From Mobula hypostoma (lineage: Eukaryota): DNA of 64,000 nucleotides. The stretch is from contig NC_086097.1 of assembly GCF_963921235.1 (NCBI RefSeq), forward strand, positions 245,894,001 through 245,958,000, given 5' to 3'. The number at the start of each line of letters is the position of its first letter. Position 1 is the first letter of the stretch. Below are positions 48,311 to 61,339 of the stretch, piece by piece. The notes under the pieces were generated by a model. The model had not been told where the DNA came from, did no database searches, and saw only the letters and a program-made list of their open reading frames with translations. The position numbers and the translations under genes were made by a program.

Positions 48311-48850
48311 TAAAAGTCCTCAATGTTTCTGTGTCTACTACCACCCCAAGTAGCATATTATAGGCACCCACCACCGTCTGTGTAGAAAACCTTTCATGTT
48401 ATCCCCCTCATCTTAAAAGCATGACCTCTGATATTATACATTACAATTCTTGGAGAAAGAGATTGTCTGTCTACTCTATCTATAATTCTTAATCTTATCA
48501 AATCAGAATCAGGTTTAATATCCCCAGCATATGTTGTGAAATTTGTTGTGAATCTCTATCAGATCTTCGCTCAGCCTCCACTATTCCAGAGAAAACAACC
48601 CAAACTTGTCCAGCTGCTTGTTATAACACATGCCCTCTCATCCAGGCAACACCGTGGTAAACCTCTTCTGCACCCTTTCCAAAGCCTCAACATCTTTCCT
48701 ATAATGGAGAGACTAGACTGTATGCAATGCTACAGATGAGGTCCAAATGAACTTTTATAAAGCTGCAACATAACTTCCTGATGTTGAACTCACTGCCTTC
48801 AATAGTAAATGCAAGCATGCTTAACCATCTTAACCATCTGATCAACCTGT

Positions 48851-49006
48851 GTTTTGGATCTCCCCCTCCCCCTCCCACTTTCAAATCTCTTACTAGCCCT
48901 TCTTTCAGTTAGTCCTGACGAAGGGTCTCAGCCCGAAACGTCGACTGTACCTCCTCCTAGAGATGCTGCCTGGCCTGCTGCGTTCACCAGCAACTTTGAT
49001 GTGTGT
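48851..49006 (+). mobile_element. 156-bp Penelope-like terminal-repeat insertion with 12-bp TSD
   Basis: TGATCAACCTGT at 48839-48850 and 49007-49018, inside a minus-strand CR1. Confidence 0.85.
48911..48946 (+). ncRNA. Minimal type-I hammerhead ribozyme motif (PLE-associated)
   Basis: AGUC-CUGACGA-A-GGGU-CUCA-GCCC-GAAA-C-GUC-GACU. Both conserved boxes, helix I, helix II and a palindromic ACGU helix III are present. Predicted cut after 48942. Confidence 0.75.
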
Positions 49007-50749
49007 TGATCAACCTGTATGGTCACTTTCAGGGAGCTATGAACTTGGACCACAAGATCCCCCTGCTCATCGACAAGGATCTTGCCCTCAACAGTGTACT
49101 GCCTCTTTGATTTTGACCTGCCAAGGTGCAACACTTCACATTTGGCTGGGTTAAACTCCGTCTGTCATTTCTCTATCCATCCCTGTAACTGATCTATATC
49201 CCACTGTATTCTTTGCCAGCCTTCTGTGTTATCCACAACATCACCAAACAATCATTTGCAAACTTACTAACTTACCCATGTAAATTTTGTATCATTCATA
49301 TACATCATAAACAGCAGAGGTCCCAGTGCAGACCCCTGCAGAACACCACTAATCACAGACCTCCCGCTAGAATGTCCCTTCACTAGACTGTGTCTTCTAT
49401 GGACAAGCTAATTCTGAGGATCCCATGCATCGTAATCTTCTGGATGAGCCTCCCATGAGGGACCTTGTCAAATGCCTTACTAAAATCTATGTAGACAACA
49501 CCCACATCTCCACCTTCATCACCTGCTCCTGTGCCTCACGTAAAGCATTCTATCTGTCTGTTCGACAGTTTGGTGCGGCGACTGTTCTGCACGCGACCAC
49601 AAGAGAGCTGTGGACACAGCGCAGCACATCACAGGAACTAACCTTTCCTCCGTGGACTCTGCCTACACTTCTTGTTGCCTCAGTAAAGCAGCTGGCATCA
49701 TCAAAGACTGAATGCACCCTGGATGGTCTCTACGCAACCCCCCCCCCACCCCCCCCCCCGGCCCTTCCATCAGGCAGAAGATACACATGCCGGAAAGTAC
49801 ATACCACTAGACTCAAAGATTCAAATTACATTTATTGTCACAGTATGTATGCAGTGTACAACTCTGAGATTTGTCTTCCTGCAGACAGACATGAAACAAA
49901 GAAACACCGTGGAACCCGTTCGAGGAAAAGATCAAACACCCAGTGATCATATTTATTCATACAAAGAATAAATCACACATATGGCAAAAAAAATGAGCAA
50001 ATAACTGCACATCAAACATCAAACTGCAGAGATTTGAAACGGTCTCGGAATGTTCAGTTCAATTCAATCAATTCAATCCTCTGCTGCTATTATCAGATTT
50101 CTGAAAGGACAACTTGTGTGTTGAGATGAACTCTTGACATCACAACCTACCTCATTATGATTTTGCACTGTACGAGCACTGTATTTTGTACCGTTTACAC
50201 TCTATCCTGCATTCTGTTATTGTTTTACCTTTTCTATCTCAATGCTCTGTCTAATAATTTGATCTGTATGAACAATATGCAAGGCAAGGTTTCACTGTAT
50301 CTTGGCACGATTGACCACAATAAACCAATACCAATACCAGAGAATCTTACAGGGACAGTAGGTGTCAATTACACATTGGCTCTTCAACTGTATGACCGAT
50401 GTCATCCGCAGTGGCATCAAGACAACTTCAATGTCCAAACAAAAGGCCTCATGGCCCCATTTAGGAACACAAGCAATGTCCAAAATAAGGAGAAGTATGA
50501 TGGTCAATTTCTTTGTACTATATGAACTTTCAAAAGAGCTCTCTCTTTTCTTTATGCCTTTATAGAGACTAATAGAATTCTCATTGATAAGGGCACAGCT
50601 GTTCTTCCTTTATTTACCGATACAATGTGGAGTGGGCCCTTCTTAAGTTATCTTGCATTCCATTGAACTGACACGTTCCATATAATAGAAGCAGCAGAGG
50701 ATTTGCTGGCCACAGCTCAAACACCATGTATAAATTTGCGGAATCTCAG

Positions 50750-53025
50750 ATGATGATGAGGACGTGTATAGAAATGAGTTAGATCAGCTGGTTGAGTGGT
50801 GTCGCAATAACAACCTTGCATTCAATGCCAGCAAAACCAAGGAATTGATGGTGGACTTCAGGGAGGGGAAGATGGGAGAACACACACCGATCCTCACTGA
50901 GGGGTCTGCGGTGGGAAGGGTGGGCAGCTTCAAATTCCTGGCCATCAACATCTTAGAAGATCTAGCCTAGACCCAATATATTGTTGTAATCATGGAGAAG
51001 GCAAGCCAACAGCTATAATTCATTAGGAGCTTGAAGAGATCTGGTATATCACCAAAGACTCCAGCATATGTCAACAGATATACTATGGAGAGCATTCTGA
51101 CTGGTTGCTTCACTGCCTGGTGCGGAGAATCAAATGCACAGGATCAAAAAAATTGTAGCGGGTTGTTTACTCAGCCAGATCCATCATGGTCACTGGGAGT
51201 TCAGAGGAGATTTACAAGGATGTTATTAGTATCTGAGGGGTGAGTCATGCTTGAGCAAGTTGGGACTTTTTTAATTAGAGTGTAGGAAAATGAGAAGTGA
51301 TGTTATAGAGACGTATAAAATTATACGTAAAGTGGATACACACAGTATTTTCTAACTAAGAACTAGGGGGCATAGGCTTAAGTGAGAGGGGACAGATTTA
51401 ATAGGAGCCCGAGGGATAACTTTTTCACCAAGAGGGTGGTCAGTATATGGAATGAGGTACCGGGGAAATGCTGAGGCAGGTACAACAACAACATTCAAAG
51501 GGTGTTTGGACAGGTGCCTTTTCATTGTTGGTGGGATCACTCTGCTACGGAGAGGGAAGACTGCTTTTGATCACTGGGTGATTGCTGTGCTATGGAGAGG
51601 GAATGACCTGCTGCTGTGCCCGGAGAATGTTACCCAGGTTTTCTGTATTTTGGATATGGACTTGGACTATAGACTTTTTTTCAGACATAGTTTTTTTACA
51701 TTCTGTGGTTTTTGCCCGATCTTTCTCGTTTTTTTTGTGTGGGGGGGAGGGAGATTTGGGGGGTCGACGTGCCTGTTCTGTTTTTGTTTGCTTTTTGTGC
51801 AGGGAGGAGGGATTTGGGGGTTGATGATTGTACTGCTGTTCTTTTCTTTCTTGGTTTCTTTGCTATCTGGAGAAGAAGAATTTCAGAGTTGTATACATCG
51901 ATAATAAATGAACCCTTGAACCCTTTGAACCTTTGGTGCACACTGAGAAGAAAGGTTTTAAAAAGGGATTAGATTTATTTGTCCCATTTACATCAAATAA
52001 TACCGTGAAATGCGTCGCTTGGCATCAAATCAAGTCAGCGAGGATTGGGCTGGGACAGCCCGCAGCCATTGCCATGCTTCCAGCACCAACATAGCACATC
52101 CACAATTCACTAACCGCAACCTGTATGCCCTTGGAATGTGGGAGGAAACTAGAGCACCCGGAGGAAACTCACGTGGTCACAGGGAGAACGTACAGACTCC
52201 TTACAGACAGCAGTGGGAATTGAACCCTGATCCACAGGGCATACAGGACTGAGATATACCAACTAGTTGAGTGGTGTTATGGCAACAACCTTGCACTAAA
52301 TGTCAGTAAGACCAAAGACTTGACTGTGGACTTCAGAAAGGGTAAGACGAGGGAACACACCACTCCTCAGAGAGGGATCAGAAGTGAAAAGGGTGAGCAT
52401 TTTCAAGTTACTAGTTGTCAATGTCTTGGAGGCCTACCTTAGACCCAACATATTGATGCAGATATGAAGAAGACAAGACAGTGGTTATATTTCATTAGGA
52501 GTTTGAGGAGATTAGGTATGTCACCTAAAACACTCATGTCCCGTGGAGAGCATTCTAACTGGCTGCAACACCGTCTGGTGTGGTGTGGTGGGGGGGGGGG
52601 GGGGGGCGATGGGCTCCTGCAAGGAACAAATAAGCTGCAGAGAGTTGTAAAATTAGTCAGCTCCGTTATGGGCAGCAGCCTTCGTAGTATCCCGGACATC
52701 TTCAAGGAGTGATGCCTCAGAAAGGCAGCGTCCATCATTAAGAACCCCCACCACCCAGGACATTTCTGCTTCTCGCTGTTACTGTCGGGAAGGAGGTACA
52801 GAAGCCTGAAGGCACACACTCAGCGATTCAGGAACAGCCTCTTCCCCTCTGCCATCGGATTTCTGAACGGGCACTGAACCCATAAACATTCCCTCACTAC
52901 TTTTTTTCAGTTCTATTTCTTGCATTACTTGTTTACTTTAACTATAGTTACTGTAATTCACTCTATTGCATTGTACTGCTGCTGCAGAGACAACATATGC
53001 CGGTGATATTAAACCTGATTCTGAT
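50750..53025. mobile_element. Cluster of Rex1/Babar-like 3' fragments (50750-51190 and 52240-53025, +), a CR1 piece and a V-SINE (51965-52230, -)
   Basis: Motifs WCRNNNLAFNASKTKELMVDFR, ESILTGCFTAW and LYFIRSLRRLGMSPKTL. Confidence 0.75.
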
Positions 53026-53435
53026 TACAGCTGGCTGCTGTGAAGTGCCATTCCAACTGCTACATTACTGTGCTTCCTCCAACCTGGGTTTGGAGCGCAG
53101 ATTCCCACCCTGTGGTCCACGGATCCCTCAGTTATTGGTAGGGGGTCCATGGTTTTAAAAAAAAAGGTGAGGAACCCCTGATTTAGAGGGCTATCCCTCA
53201 GTTTATCCCTCCAATGATTTATAGGGATAGGAACCAAACCAAGTGGGACTATGTCAGATGGGAATCTGGGTCAGCATGGACCACTTGAGCCGAAGGACCC
53301 ATTTCGCCCAAGCAGATGACAATCAGCTGCAAGTCCATTCAAATCAGTTCTCCCTTAAGAAAAATGGGTTTTGTCTCCTTTATTAGTTCAAGATGTTGAA
53401 GGTGTTGGGCCTGAAAAGTGACGGCACTGTGTGTT

Positions 53436-54427
53436 CATAGTCATACTTTATTGATCCCAGGGGGAAATTGGTTTTTGTTACAGTTGCACCATAAATAATA
53501 AATAGTAATAGAACCATAAATAGTTAAATAGTAATATGTAAATTATGCCAGGAAATAAGTCCAGGACCAGCCTATTGGCTCAGGGTGTCTGACCCTCCAA
53601 GGGAGGAGTTGTAAAGTTTGATGGCCACAGGCAGGAATGACTTCCTATGACGCTCTGTGTTGCATCTCGGTGGAATGAGTCTCTGGCTGAATGTACTCCT
53701 GTGCCCAACCAGTACATTATGTAGTGGATGGGAGACATTGACCAAGATGGCATGCAACTTAGACAGCATCCTCTTTTCAGACACCACCGTGAGAGAGTCC
53801 AGTTCCATCCCTACAACATCACTGGCCTTACGAATGAGTTTGTTGATTCTGTTGGTGTCTGCTACCCTCAGCCTGCTGCCCCAGCACACAACAGCAAACA
53901 TGATAGCACTGGCCACCATAGACTCGTAGATCATCCTCAGCATCGTCCGGCAGATGTTAAAGGACCTCAGCCTCCTCAGGAAATAGAGACAGCTCTGACC
54001 CTTCTTGTAGACAGCCTCAGTGTTCTTTGACCAGTCTAGTTTATTGTCAATATGTATCCCCAGGTATTTGTAATCCTCCACCATGTCCACACTGACCCCC
54101 TGGATGGAATCAGGGGTCACCGGTACCTTAGCTCTCCTCAGGTCTACCACCAGCTCCTTAGTCTTTTTCACATTAAGCTGCAGATAATTCTGCTCACACC
54201 ATGTGACAAAGTTTCCTACCGTAGCCCTGTACTCAACCTCATCTCCCTTGCTGATGCATCCAACTATGGCAGAGTCATCTGAAAACTTCTGAAGATGACA
54301 AGACTCTGTGCAGTAGTTGAAGTCCGAGGTGTAAATGGTGAAGAGAAAGGGAGACAAGACAGTCCCCTGTGGAGCCCCAGTGCTGCTGATCACTCTGTCG
54401 GACACACAGTGTTGCAAGCACACGTAC
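53436..54427 (-). mobile_element. Young Rex1/Babar LINE, 5'-truncated; open RT C-terminal frame 54423-53572
   Basis: TGAPQGTVLSPFLFTIYTSDF..KFSDDSAIVGCI..LNVKKTKELVVD..RLRSF..SFLPVAIKLYN. 3' tail AATAAAGTATGACTATG. Confidence 0.93.
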
Positions 54428-54834
54428 TATGTTAATGATGAGGAAAGCAATTCATATTTTGTACAAGGGTTTGGACGACAATGAGGTCTTTGGTTCTGAG
54501 TAAGCTCCTGTTCTGATGTCTGACTGATAGTGAGAACCAAACAGTGACATTCAGTGTGCTGCTTACGGGAGGTAACGTCTGTGTCTGCTTTAAACTAAGG
54601 AGCTGTCTGGAAATCATTATTGGTTGCAGCATTGAGAAAATGCCAGTAATTGATCATATCACACTAATGGAAGACTATTCCCTGTCCGCTTCAATGATCT
54701 TGCAAGTGCATGAATACTTCGAGAATGAGTGCAAAGTGTTTGCTATAGTGCAATGCACAAAATGCTGGAGGAAAGGCAGTATCTGGGGAGAGGAATAAAC
54801 AGTCGATGCTTTGGGCTTGAGACTCTTCATCAGT

Positions 54835-56775
54835 AAGGGTGTAGACAACATTGGTACGTCAAGAACAGTCATCTCAGGGTCCAACCAGAAGGCTGGCTGA
54901 ACGTAGAGGTGCGCTCCTGACTGAAAGTCCGGGACGCTGCCTTCAGGTCTGGAGAGAGAACAGCTCTCCAAGCAGTCGGAGAAAATCTCAACTGAGGCAT
55001 CAAGAGGCAAAGGACGTCTCCGCACAAAATAATCAGGAAGACCTTTCCGATAACCGGTCCAGCGTATGTGGCTGGGCGTCAAGAGAAAACAGCATCAACT
55101 GCACCGGCGGATGCTTTCCACCCCGACGCTCTAAATGACTTTTACACACGCCTGCAGGCACGCAATGCAACACCAGCCATGAAAGCTCCCCTCCCCTCCC
55201 CCCCCTTCCGGCTGAGCCGCTACTGTCTGTAACAGCAGCAGACGTGAGCAGGACTCTACAGAGAGTCAACCTCCATAAGCTGCCAGGTCAGACAAAATCC
55301 CGGGCTGAGTACCCAGGGAGTGTACCCACCAGCCCATCAATATCTTCAACACTTCACTCATCCTGGCTGCCATCCCCACCTGCTTCAAATCAGCCACCAT
55401 CATCCCTGCATCAAAGAACCCTGCACCTTCAGAACTAATTGACCATCGCCTGGTGACACTGACAACAGTCAGCATGGATGCTGTGAAGTAATAGCGCACA
55501 TCACAAACTCCAATCCTGCCACATTGGAAAATGCTACTGAGAGAACTGCCCCACAGCGATTGACATGCACTTGGCCCTGACACACCGAGAAAACAAGGAC
55601 ACTCTCAGAACGTCAGAACTCTGTTTCCGGGTATCAGTTCGGCACTCAACATTACTGACCCAGAGACCTCGGTGAACAAAGTCCTGCTCCTTGGTCTAGT
55701 ACACCAATGTGCAACTGGGTGTTGTACACCTCAGACAGACAGGATGCACAATTGGTCCTCCCTCCCCATCACCCTCAACAGGTGTGACCCAAGGCTGTGT
55801 GCTGAGCCCACTGCTTCAAAACGACTGCACAGCCAAACGCCAGAGTGATCACTTGTCAACTTCACTGATGATACGACAGCGGCGGTGCTCATCACCAACA
55901 ATGAGGAGATGGCCCACAGAGAAGAGGTGGAAGAGCCTGAGGCCTGGTACCAGGCAAATAATCTCTTTCTTAATGCCAACAAGACAAAGGGGGTGGTAAT
56001 CGACTTCAGGACTCACCACTCACACCCCTCCGGCGGCACCGCAGTGGGAACTGTGAGCGGTTTCAAACTCCTGCGAGTGCACATCTCACACAGCCTCTCA
56101 TGGTCCCAGAACACATTCTGCACAGTCAGGAAAAGTGATCAATGCCTCTACTTTCTGAGATGGCTGAAAAGAGCTGGACTTCGCACATCTATACTAAAGT
56201 CATTCGTAGAGAGCATCCTAACGTGCTGCATCACTGTATGGTACGGAAACTGCACTGCACAGACGCTCTTCAATAGGCAGTCAACATTGCCCAAAGCACC
56301 ACCGGCACCAGCTTACCCACCATCAAGGACAGAGATACAGAAAGGTGCCAGAAAACGGCCAGTAACCTACCCTGTCCATGGACTGTTAGTCCCACTCCTG
56401 TCAAGGAGGCTACGTATCGTCCATACCAGGACCATCAAACTCAAAAACTGTTATTTTCCCAAGCAGTAAGGCTGATCAACACCTTTGCCTGCTAACCCAG
56501 CCCTCCACACCCACAACCATCACTGCTTTATCATTTCTGGTCAGTCAGCTTATGTACAGACATTTCTGTGCCTAGTGTCACCTTATAGACATACAATCAA
56601 TCCATGAGTAATAAGGTATCTTATGTATTTACATTTATTGTGTGTATTTAATTGTTGAGTTCTTTATCTTATTGTGATTTTTGTTTGTGCTGTATTGGAT
56701 CTGGGTTAACAATTATCTTGTTCTCCTTTACACTTGTCGTACTAGGAATGACATTAAGCAATCTTGAATCTTGAA
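54835..56775 (+). mobile_element. Old Rex1/Babar-like LINE, heavily degenerate
   Basis: STGVTQGCVLSPLL, NLFLNANKTK and VESILTCCITVWYGN, with a (TCTTGAA)n tail. Confidence 0.78.
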
Positions 56776-56824
56776 TTTTTGCAAGGTTTTCTGTACTCTC
56801 AGAATAGATACAAGGTTGTAACCC

Positions 56825-57290
56825 TGGAAGGGGGTAGAGAGCCGAACAAGAAAGTGGAGGGAGGGGAGGAGTACAGGTGAGATCAGGTGAGGGGCAAGGT
56901 GGGTTGGGGATGAAGTGAGAAGCTGGGAGGTGATAGGTGGAAGACGTGAAGGGCTGCAAAAGAAGGAATCTGATTAGAGAGGACAGAGGACCGTGGAAGA
57001 AAGGGAAGGACGAGGGGCACCTGAGGAAGGTGATAGGCAGGTGAGGTGAAGAGAAGAGGTGAGGGGAAAGCCAGAATGGAGAATGGAAAAAGAGAGAAGG
57101 GGAGGGGGGAGTAATAACCAGTAGCTCGAGAAATTCATGCCACGGGTTGGAGGTTACCCAGATGGAGGTGTCGCTCCTCCAACCTGAAAGTGTCTTCATT
57201 GTCAAGTAGAATAGGCCATGGACCAAAGAGTTGGGATGGGAATGGGAAGTGGGGATGAAGTGGGTGGACACAGGAAAATCCTGCTCTATG
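56825..57290 (-). mobile_element. Penelope-like fragment
   Basis: Reverse complement of the 5620-6070 type sequence. Confidence 0.7.
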
Positions 57291-57589
57291 TGCAGGAGCC
57301 CCCCCCCCTCAGGTTCCCCTTAAATATTTCACCTTGCACCCTTAACCTATGAATTCTCATTCTAGTCCAAGGGTTCCCAAACTTGTTTTTAAGCTGCGGA
57401 CCAACACCACTAAGCAAGGAGACTGTGGACCCCAAGTTGGGAACCCCGGTCCTGTCTCACCTCTCCTCTGTGGAAAAAGCCTGCTTGCATGCACCCTAAA
57501 TATACCCCTCATAATTTTGTATACCTCTATCAAATCTCTCCATATTTTCCTGTGCTCCGGGATTATATATTGTCCCTAGAAAAGGAGGA

Positions 57590-57910
57590 AGTCACATGGT
57601 ACTCTAGCGGTAACATAACGCTTTACAGCGTCAACAACCTATGTTCAACTCCTGTCGCTGTCTACACAGAGTTTGTACGTTCTCCCCGTGACCACGCGGG
57701 TTTCCTCCGAGTGCTCCAATTTCCTCCCACATTCCAAACACTTCCGGGTTAGGGTTGGGTTTACTGAGTTGTGGGCATGCTCCGTTGGTACCAGAACCAT
57801 GGTGACACTTTCTGGCTTCCCCCGGCAGAACCTCGGACTGTGCCGGTCATTGATGCAAACAACGCTTTTAATGTAAGTGTGACAAACAAAGCTAATCTTT
57901 ATCTACTTTA
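57590..57910 (+). mobile_element. V/HE1-like SINE
   Basis: GTTCAACTCC box B and GCGGGTTTCCTCCGAGTGCTCCAATTTCCTCCCACATTCCAAA. Confidence 0.75.
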
Positions 57911-57992
57911 TCTGGCACCTTTCTTTAAATATTCAAACTAGCCACAGCTAGCCTGGAATGTATTGGCATTTTTTAAAGATCCAACACACTTT

Positions 57993-59012
57993 AGAACATA
58001 GAACATAGAACATAGAAATCTACAGCACACTACAGGCCATTCAGCCCACAAAGTTGTGCCAACCATGTAACCTACTCTAGAAACTGCCTAGAATTAGCCC
58101 TCTATTTTTCTAAGCTCCATGTACATATCTAAGAGTCTCTTAAAAGACCCTGTTGTATATACTTCTACCACTGCTGCTGTCAGTGCATTCAACACACCCA
58201 CCACTTTCTGTGTGAACAGCTTACCCCTGACATACCCCCGTACCTACTTCCAAGCATCTGAAAAATCTGCTGCTTCATGTCTGCCATTTCAGCCCTGGGA
58301 AAAAGCCTCTGACTATCCACACGACCAATGCCTCTCATCATCTCTATCAGAACACCTCTCATTCTTTGTCACTCTAAGGCAAAAAGGCCAAGTTCGCTCA
58401 ACCTATTCTCATAAGACATGCTCTCCAATCCAGGCAACATCCTTGTAAATCTCCTCTGCACCATTTCTATAGCATCCACATCCTGCCTGTAGTGAGGTGA
58501 TCAGAACTGAACTCATTACTCCAAATGGGGTCTGACTAAGGTCTTATATAGCTGTAACATTACCTCACAGCTCTTGAACTCAATCCCACGGGTGATGAAT
58601 GCCAACACAACCATACGCCTTCTTAACAACACTGTCAACCTGTGCAGCAGCTTTGAGTGTCCTATAGACACGGACCCCAAGATCTCGCTGATCCTCCACA
58701 CTGCCAAGAGTCTTACCATTAATACTATATTCTGTCTTCAAATTTGACCGATCAAAATGAACCACTTCACACTTATCTCTGTTGAACTCCATCTGCCACT
58801 TCTCAGCTCATTTCCTATCGATGCCCCACTGTAACCTCTGAAAACCCTCCAGATGATCCACAAGCAACCGCGCGCCCCCCCCCCCAACCTCTATGTCATC
58901 AGTAAACTTACTAACCCACTCTTCTACTTACTCATCCAGGTCATTTATAAAAATCACAAAGAGGAGGGGTCCCAGAACAGATCCCTGTGGAACACCACTG
59001 GTCACTGACCTC
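57993..59012 (-). mobile_element. CR1 LINE RT C-terminal half + 3'UTR
   Basis: MEFNRDKCEVVHF..RDLGVRV..LVRPHLE with an (AGAACAT)3 tail. Confidence 0.9.
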
Positions 59013-59014
59013 TC

Positions 59015-59665
59015 ATCAAATCAAAGTTCAAAGGTTTGAAGTCACTTTATTATCAAAGTAGGTATAGGTCACTGTATACTGTACTACCATGAGTTCATTT
59101 TCTTGCAGGCATTCACAGAACAAAGAAATATAATCAAATCAATGAAAAACTACATCCAGATAAAGACTCACAACCAGTGTGCAAAAGAAGAGAATACAAA
59201 ATAAAACAAATAATACCAACAAATAAATAAGTAAATAAATTATATTGAGAACATGAGTTGAGAGCCTGTGAAGTGAGTCCGTAGATTGTGGAGTCTGGTG
59301 AGTGAAGTATCCACTCTGGTTCAAAAGCAGGGAAATAGCTCGTCCTGAATCTGGTGATTGGGACCCAAGACCCTGCACCTCCTTCCTGATGGCAGCAGTG
59401 AGAAGAGAGCACGGTCTGTATGTTGAGGGTCCTTGATAATGGATGCTGCTTTCTTCTGCTAGCACTCCTTGCAGTTGTAGACAATGGTGGGGAGGGTTTT
59501 TCCTGCAACGGATTGGGCTGTATCCCCCTCCTTTTGTCAGCTATTTCATCCTTAGGCTTTGGAGTTTCCATACCCGGCCATAACGCAACCAGCCAGGATA
59601 CTCTCCACTTAAGAAGTTTACCAAAGTTTTAGATGATATGCTGAATCTGCACAAACTTCTAAGAA
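59015..59665 (-). mobile_element. Rex1/Babar-like 3' fragment
   Basis: Homologous to 4666-6592, including the 3'UTR and TTTGAAC tail. Confidence 0.65.
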
Positions 59666-60709
59666 AGGCGAATCTGTGGAATTCTTTGCGTAGGTATATT
59701 TAAGGCAGGGGTTAATAGGTCCTTGATTAGTAAGGGCATGAAAAATTACAGGGAGAATGCAGGAGAAAGGGGTTAAAAGGTTCAAGATTTAAATTTATTT
59801 GTCACATGTACGTTGAAGCATATAGTAAAATGAGCCACTTGCATTCACAACCAACACACCCGAGGACACACTGGAGGCAGCCTGCAAGTGTCGCCACGCA
59901 TTCCAATGCCAACGTAGCACGCCCACAATGCTCAGAACAACACAGAACACAACAAAACGACGAAGAAACAAGCCCTGCTTCTCCTTCCCAAACACTCACA
60001 TACATTGACCATGATCGGAAGGTGGAGCAGGCTCAATGACCTAATTCTTCTTATGGCCATATGGTTTTTTATACAGATTTCAACAGCTCAGTACTGTGCT
60101 TTGTTTTGAATCTCAGAATTAGAATCAGAATCAATTTTTTAATCACTGACATATGATGTGAAATGTGTTTCTTTTTGGCAGCAGTACAGTGTAATCTTCT
60201 CTTAATGGACTTTTCTATTTAGATGCTCCTATCACAGGTCAGCATAACGCAAAAGAATTATGTAAGTATATTCAAAAGCACACATCAGTTACGAAGAGTG
60301 ACTTCTAGGAAGGGAAAAGGGAAAGCATTCTAAGATCAGCACTCTCTGGATGTTAAAAGAGCCATGAGTTAAAATGAGGCCGATAAAGAACTTCTAACAA
60401 ATACACCAAATTTCAGAACAAAGACTGCAACAACTTAACTTGCCAGTTAACAGCTTCCTAGTCAAGAGTAACACCCAACCAGCAAATGCTTTGACCCACT
60501 GGCCACATGAACAGCCCTCAAAATGTGCTGGAAATGCTCACATTAAAGGCACACCAAACCTCCATTCACTGGCTACCAAAATATTCCTTTCAGCTGAGGA
60601 GGCAAAGACTGAATCAAGTGCGGTAAAGATGGTTCCAATCAATTGCTCTTACAGGAAGTAGGGAATCATTGGTATCATTCAGGATAGGGAATTGGGAAGG
60701 AAAATTAAG

Positions 60710-61065
60710 TTGATAATCACAGCTACGATGCCCATGTTTGATTTCACCGGAACATCCACAAGGAAGTGGATGCACATACCCTTCAGAGGACGTGGCCACA
60801 ACCATCATGAGGAAACGCTGGGGATGGGTTGGGCATGTGATCAGAAGAAAGGCCAACTCCGTCTTCAAGGCAGCACTTCATTGGACCCTTGAAGGGCAGA
60901 GGAAACACGGGAGACCAAAGACAACTAAATGTTGTACTGTAGAGGCAGAAATGAGGATCCTGAACCACACCTGGGGAACAATAGAGAAGATGGCCAAGGA
61001 CAGACAGAGATGAATGACCTTCATTGCTGCCCTAACCACCAGTGGCAGTAACAGGCAGTACGTAA
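60710..61065 (+). mobile_element. RTE LINE 3' fragment
   Basis: RKRWGWVGHVIRR..ALHWTLEGQRKHGRPKTT..MAKDR, the RTE ORF C-terminus. Confidence 0.85.
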
Positions 61066-61339
61066 ACAGGTGCAAAACAGTCTCTCTGGGAGAACAGAGG
61101 TCTTTTTAGATTAGCTTTATTTTTCACAAGCACAACAAAACACCGAACCATACAAAGAAATACAGTTGAGAGCCGAGAGGTAATGTTGCAGCTCTACAAA
61201 ACCCTTCAACCATCAGGCTCCTGAACCAGCATGGATAATCCCATTCACCTCAGCACTGAACTGATTCCACAACCTATGGACTCACTTCAAGGATCCTCCA
61301 ACCCATGTTCTCAGTGTTATTCATTTATTCACCTATTAA

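Noticed and set aside
56669..57271. 200-aa Pro/Ser-rich ORF (also 5801-6259 and 24844-25332)
   Set aside because: Pyrimidine-rich untranslated part of Penelope-like repeats.
60440..60661. Possible exon of a neighbouring gene
   Set aside because: No recognisable protein similarity or convincing splice pair; I cannot support it from sequence alone.
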